A stretch of DNA of 64,000 nt from Eledone cirrhosa (lineage: Eukaryota), in NCBI GenBank assembly GCA_964016885.1, contig OZ024742.1, forward strand, positions 364,684,001 through 364,748,000, in the 5' to 3' direction. A program made the translations under genes and the position numbers. Shown piece by piece: positions 57,671-64,000 of this stretch (position 1 is its first letter; each line of letters opens with the position of its first letter). Under the pieces are notes generated by a model, which saw nothing but the letters and a program-made list of their open reading frames with translations, was not told the DNA's origin and searched no databases.

Positions 57671-59059
57671 TTAATATTAGTATCCCTGGTGATATGAGCT
57701 TCAGTAACGGGGAAACCAACTTTCTGTTACAGATATTTCATATGACAGTTTAATCTCATTGTTTAATCGCCGTCTCGCTTTACTCATAATTCCTAACAGA
57801 ATTCAATATGGTGACATTCTCATTCAGTGTTGAGTCGTAATTTGATCAAATGTCATATCCGATAAAATAAATATCAGTAAACATAAATAAAGTTGCTAGA
57901 ACAAAGCTGTATAATATATATGATGCATTGTGATATATATATAATTAAGAATGGTTGAACACGGTGGCACGGTGGGAATTATATTGGTGGAACTATTACT
58001 TTACACTAATAGAGTTATTGGTATGGAAGCAATATCATCACAAACTACACCCCTACAATGATCCGCTTAAATAGTTGATACTTATCTACCTTTAGAAGTA
58101 AGAAACAAAATATTTCATTTACTGCTAACAACTATACAGTTTTATCCAGTCTCCTAAAAGGTTGGATCTCCTTGGAGGTTTCTGGTGGGTTTTAAAGATA
58201 GGGGTGCATGTCCTATAATAAAAACAACATTAAATGAAACGCCTGACTCACGAACACATGCTGTCGGGTGAAGGGATGAAATCCATGACATCATCCTCAT
58301 GTCTCCAGCACTCTAACCATTAGGCCACGCACCTTTACAAAAATAAAATCGACCGCTCATATATGTGGGCTTTTAATTATAGGGAAACCTTGTCCTGTTA
58401 TAAAAAGCAAGGGGAATTAAAATGTCTTCCTCAAGAACACTACGCTTGATTCAAGAATTGAACCCACAGCGTCATGTTCCTCCAACCAGGGCACTAAACA
58501 CTAGGTGACCTCTCCATCTATTTGCACTTATTTGATCTTCGTTTCTTCAACTATTATATCAAATATCTCCCATTATTTTGATGTGCTTGCCGCCATCAGC
58601 ACCGAAGTCATCTCCGTCATTCTGTTATATGGTTGTTGTTGTTGATGATGATGTTTAGCCCCCAGTGAACGTCCATCACACAGGTAAATGATCAAAGATT
58701 TTTCACCAGTGATCATGCTGTTAATTTTGTATATAAGAGATAATCGAAGATATCATTATAATGATTATATAGTGTTTCATTATATAAGACATGTTCCTCG
58801 TTATTTTTTGGTTGTTTAAATTAACATGGAAGTTTTCATGTTGTTTATTAATGTTTATTTATGTATTGTTGATTTGTTTTGTTATTTCCTACTATTTTAT
58901 TACAGCCATTATATACCGTGTTAATATATATCTGGAAGGCAGTACAGAATTGAACCGAGACATGTATATATATATATATATATATATATACATTCATACT
59001 GACGATATAGTGATAAGAAAATAACACATTTACATGAACTGAAAAACAAAAACATTGAT

Positions 59060-60200
59060 TAACCTCACTATCCGAATGTTAACCCTTAATGGAGTCTCAC
59101 CAGAAGATATGTATATCAACCACTCAAGATATATATGTAACTGAGTGTTTCATAAACCTCGTTAAGTATAAAAGTATCAAAGAAATGGACCGAGCTCTAA
59201 AGAGGTAGCTTTTGGCCAACTTCATAACACTTTGTATCAAATCCCATTCCAATGTGACCCCCTTCAACAACCAGAACCAGGTATCTACCACTATATACCA
59301 GCCTATTCCCTGTTTCTCACCTGAACCTCATTGCCAGCTCCTCCCACCACACCACCATCTATTTCCTCCCCCAAATCCTTGACTCTAAGTACCCAGGGCC
59401 CCTATCGTCTACACATGTTACTGTACTACGTCAGACATTTCAAAATAACTTAAATCGATCATTCACACTTTATACCCGATACATCGATGATTGTAACAAT
59501 ATCGTCTCCCTCAGCCGTACCGAAACCAGCAAATTTATCGAATATATGTTAAGGATTTCCACACAGCTATTGACTTTCCTTCCCCACCTTCTCTTCTTCA
59601 ATATCTCTCTTCCATCGACCACACATACCCCTCTCTCTCAATTTCTCCATCCCTCTTTCTACTTCAAGTTACTAAAACCTCAGATTAGCACTCATAATTA
59701 TACTTCACATTTTCCCATCAAACCTCTCTCAATCTTTCATCACCTTACTCAAAATTTCTACGTCTATCCTGTCTGTTGAAAAGACCAGAATTTTAAGACC
59801 CAGTCTCACCTAATGGCTCAGCATTTCATAGGGCCCGGTTAACCATACAAAATTGTTCGCAATCTCTTCCTCGAGCCCCCAAACGGTAGCCTCACTTCAG
59901 TGACCACGCCTCTTATTTACCCCAATGTTGACCTCTTGCCCTAATCTTTCATCTTCCATCCTATCCCTCTTCAACAGTCCAAATATGCATCTGTTAGACC
60001 CCAATGTGTCCCCTATAACCCCGATATAATCCGATATATTCAATATCTGGTTTCTATTGATTACTACAGTCATTAGATATCAGACTCTATAAAGGTACCA
60101 ACTCCTATAGAGATATATATTATGGCATTCTTATTTAGCTCGTATTTTCCTCTCCTACGTTATGTCCGCCGTTGTAGCGGCTATCACTTCATGATATTAA
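59060..60200 (+). pseudogene. Heavily decayed Neptune-like PLE RT
   Basis: RYIDDC at 59477-59494. NYTSHFP and PYSKFLRL (59743-59766) resemble the 'IPYSQFLR' thumb motif. Confidence 0.55.
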
Positions 60201-60887
60201 TATCAGTATCTCGATTACCGGCACATTGAGTCCTTAAGCAAGATATGTATTTCGCCTTGCTCCAAATCACAGTTACTTTCGTAATTCCACGGAGCAGCCT
60301 GCTACACACTGTTTCACGTTAAGAGTGCATGTGTCTGTGGAATAATCAGATTATTATAATCACGTTAATATCATAAGCAGAGTGTGCCATTGTTTGAATA
60401 ACAGTAAAACTCGTCGTCGTAAACGAGGGGAAACCATCAACCTTCTTTTGGTTCTCTCGAACTTGAGCCAGTCTCATACATTTACAAGTTTGAAGATAAA
60501 TACAGACATTTTTTTATAAAATATATGTTTCCCAACCCGTTGTATTAATACAATATCTTCTATATATTTATGTAAACATGGAGTATCTATCTTTGGAGTT
60601 GTCAAATGTAGGACACTACTTTTGACTACTGCCCGTGGCATCTATTTGCCGGAGTCTGTTTTCAGGTGATTTATACTAAATATAATCATGCACATTGCAT
60701 TTTTCCAATCCCATTCCCTTAATAAAATATTCACGTTTTATTTCTATCTATCATAATTTAAAATATTTCACAATATAACTGGATAATGTATTCATACACG
60801 CATATGTATCTACAAACATACATACATACATATATACACACACACACACATATATATACACATATGTATACACAAACACACACACAC

Positions 60888-60985
<98 letters not shown>

Positions 60986-61602
60986 CGTATACCTTATACA
61001 TATTTATTACTTTATTCTCCGAATTATTTAGTTCTGTCTTCATCACTAATCTAATATTTCGGTAATATTTTTATCAGATTTTGTCTAGAATTTACGAACA
61101 TCTTTTTATTTCTACAATTCATACATATTCACATATTATATGGAAGTGTGTGTCTTAGTGGTTAGAGTTCGGTGCTAGGCTGTACACTGTCTCTCTAAAC
61201 AACACAATTTCTTTTACGTTAATCCAGTCCACTCAAATTACAAAAATGAGTTGTCACTGTAATTCAAGCAGACATCCTTGTCAGTGTGTCACTCTGAATC
61301 CCCCTGGATATTCTGTTGAGACATCACATGTCTTAGTAATTTCAAGCTACGTACATATTAATGTCACTCTCAAGATGTTCTGTTGTTCAAACAACTGGAA
61401 TAATCCTCGTTGAAACAGGCGATGATCCAATGCACATATATATATATTTTATGATTCGTTCAGTTTTATGTATTAGACATATATTATTTCCCACACTACG
61501 ATGGGTTCCCAATGTACCTGTTTATTAACCCAATTTCCCCTAGACATTTCAAGTAAATGACTATTTTACAGTAGTGTAGTTAATACGAAGCATTATGATA
61601 TA

Positions 61603-62486
61603 CTAGCAGGAAAACCAGCTCCCGCGCGGTTTTCTGCTAGCATGTGTAGTGGTATATTGATATTATACGCAAGTATATATATCTATGTCGATATGATACA
61701 TCAAATAACATCTTAATTGACAATATGCATAGAAATTGAACGAAGAGTGTGTTACACTGTCTTATGTAATGAGTAACGTAATCCATGATACATTAAAAAA
61801 AGACGATATTATATATAAACTGCGTTAGGAGATAATTAGTGACGGAAATATATTAATATTTATTTAAGCGATCGCTAACCGGAGGCGTTGACATTTGAAA
61901 CTTTTAAAGAAGTGAATCTTAAAATAAGCAACAAAATTATTTATATTTAATCGAGAATAACGAAATTTAGTAGATAAATTATGTAATATCAATTCATTAT
62001 TTATTCAGAGTAATAAGGGCAGTGGTTTGGCAGTATCGGTAGAGCGTCAGACACCATGTTTTGCAGCATAGTTATGGCCCTTTGCGTTCTGAGTTCAAAT
62101 CCGCCGAGGTTAACTTTGCTTTTCAACCTTACGAGGTCGATAAAATAAAGTCCCAGTGGTGCACTGGTGTAATCGCTGGCCTTGTGCCAAAAGTAGAAAC
62201 AAGGGCGGTGGATTGGTAGTATCGGTAGAGGGTCGGACGCCATGATTTTCAGCAAAGAGTTACGGACCTTTATGGTCTGAGTTCAAATCCCGCCGAGGTT
62301 AACTTTGCCTTTCATCCTTACGGGGTCGATAAAATAAAGTACCAGTAATACACTGGTTTAATTGCTAGCCTTGTGCCAAAAGTAGAAACAATTATTTATT
62401 CAAAGTAATCCAACTTATTTTACAAACGGGATAAAAAAATATATTCTGGACGCAGTGCCGCGCTACTTACTTTATTTTAGTTTAGA
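61603..62486 (-). mobile_element. Non-autonomous Helitron, copy 2, interrupted by a SINE dimer
   Basis: Minus strand A|TCTAAACTAAAATAAAG ... GAAAACC(gcgcgggagct)GGTTTTC-CTGCTAG|T. Confidence 0.82.
62015..62390 (+). mobile_element. Head-to-tail SINE S1 dimer with a single TSD
   Basis: Monomers at 62015-62200 and 62201-62390. ATTATTTATTCA(G/A)AGTAAT at 61996-62014 and 62391-62409. Confidence 0.9.
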
Positions 62487-62932
62487 TGGAGTAAATGAAG
62501 GATAAGGTTTTCTTAAAAGCCGGTACAATAACGGTTGGAAATACGAAGGGCAAATAATGGTAAATGAAAGATTTGAGCACTCGTCTCTGACTGATTCTGT
62601 GTTGGAAATATATATCGGGATTGCTATAGAAGCTATCATTTGCTAAATATGTGTTAATTATTTTACATTATATCACTTTAAAATCATCCGCGTATAAAAT
62701 AAGTATATTAAATCTGATTGTCCTATGTATTTGTTTTTATTATTCCTATTTACGATCAATTTTATCTTTTAAAAACGATAGTTTATCATAAAAATGGCTT
62801 CAGTATATATTCCTGTTGTATATTTCATATCAAGTCCAGATAAACATATTATGCTACTTATCATATATTTTAATACACTATTATTTATATATCAGGATTA
62901 TTAGTATCTTTAATCTTCTCACAATCATAATA

Positions 62933-62983
<51 letters not shown>

Positions 62984-63093
62984 TTCAATTTTCTCTGTAT
63001 ATGTGCGTATGCGTATATAATTAACTCTCTTTTAAGCGTGAAACTAATAAGACAGTATGTCAATGCATCCTCTTGTTTGATTCTTGTATACTT

Positions 63094-63192
<99 letters not shown>

Positions 63193-63345
63193 AGGGAGAG
63201 GGAGGGAGAGAGAGAAAGTGGAATTGGAAACAGCACGGAGAATATATTTGAGGAATCTGTTTTTCTTTTTCATTTTTGGATCCGACAAATTAAAGTTAAA
63301 CAATTTAAAAAACATTTATAATGCATCTAAAATATATAAAATAAT

Positions 63346-63536
63346 TGTTTCTACTTTTGGCACAAGGCCAGCAATTACCGCAGTGTATTACTGCTACTTT
63401 AATTTATCGACCCCGTAAGGATGAAAGGCAAAGTTAACCTTTGGCGGGATTTGAACTCAGATCATAAAGGGCTGTAACTATATGCTCTCAACCATGGCGT
63501 CCGACCCTCTACCGATACGGCCAATCCACCACAGTG
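63346..63536 (-). mobile_element. SINE S1 with 15-bp TSD
   Basis: AATATATAAAATAAT at 63331-63345 and 63537-63551. Confidence 0.9.
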
Positions 63537-64000
63537 AATATATAAAATAATACTGGTTTCAATGTATCAGTGTAATCCATCTTATCAAATATTGAATGTT
63601 ACAAGTAAAAAGAATTAAAAATGAATTAAAATGTTAAATTCAAAATGAAATGTTGAAGGTCTGTTCATCTGTTTTGTTGCGAAGAAGACTGGGTCTAAAA
63701 TGGAACTTTATATATATAGCGAGAGGGATAGCTATTTGTAGAAGTAGTTGTGGTGGTAGTTGTGTCTTTTCACAGAAAAAAATATTTTTATAGAGAAATA
63801 TCAGCGATATACATACAGACACACACAAATATATATATATATGCATATAAGCAGAAGGGTTATTCAATTTGTTGGTAATTCAACAAATATAAATGTTTAT
63901 AATTGATTCAGAGCACTTGACAGCTTTTCGGGAGTATAATATTCAATGATATTAAATAAATGGAAACTATATTTATAAAACCATATTTATTCTATTATAT

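Overview
Eukaryotic, AT-rich, repeat-saturated DNA, most likely an octopod cephalopod (inferred from tRNA-derived SINEs resembling Octopus SINEs and very dense (AT)n/(CA)n/(GA)n tracts). No intact host gene can be supported; almost all long ORFs in the track are tandem-repeat artefacts. Contents: a ~10 kb 47-bp satellite; 46-bp, 20-bp and 18-bp minisatellites; a 5'-truncated Tx1/L1-clade LINE; relics of R4-like, CRE-like and several Penelope-like elements (PLEs: three Naiad-type, one Penelope/Poseidon-type GIY-YIG, one Neptune-like RT); two copies of a non-autonomous Helitron; and about a dozen SINEs. The main hidden structure lies in the short 'unique' islands between (AT)n tracts. Many are non-coding fold-back elements, from at least 8 sequence-unrelated families, each carrying a minimal type I hammerhead ribozyme (stem I - CTGANGA - stem II - GAAA - palindromic stem III - TH). 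Three unrelated families have the same 10-mer ATATGCAAAT (octamer motif) just upstream of the ribozyme. All alignments and folds were done by eye, so boundaries may be off by a few bases.
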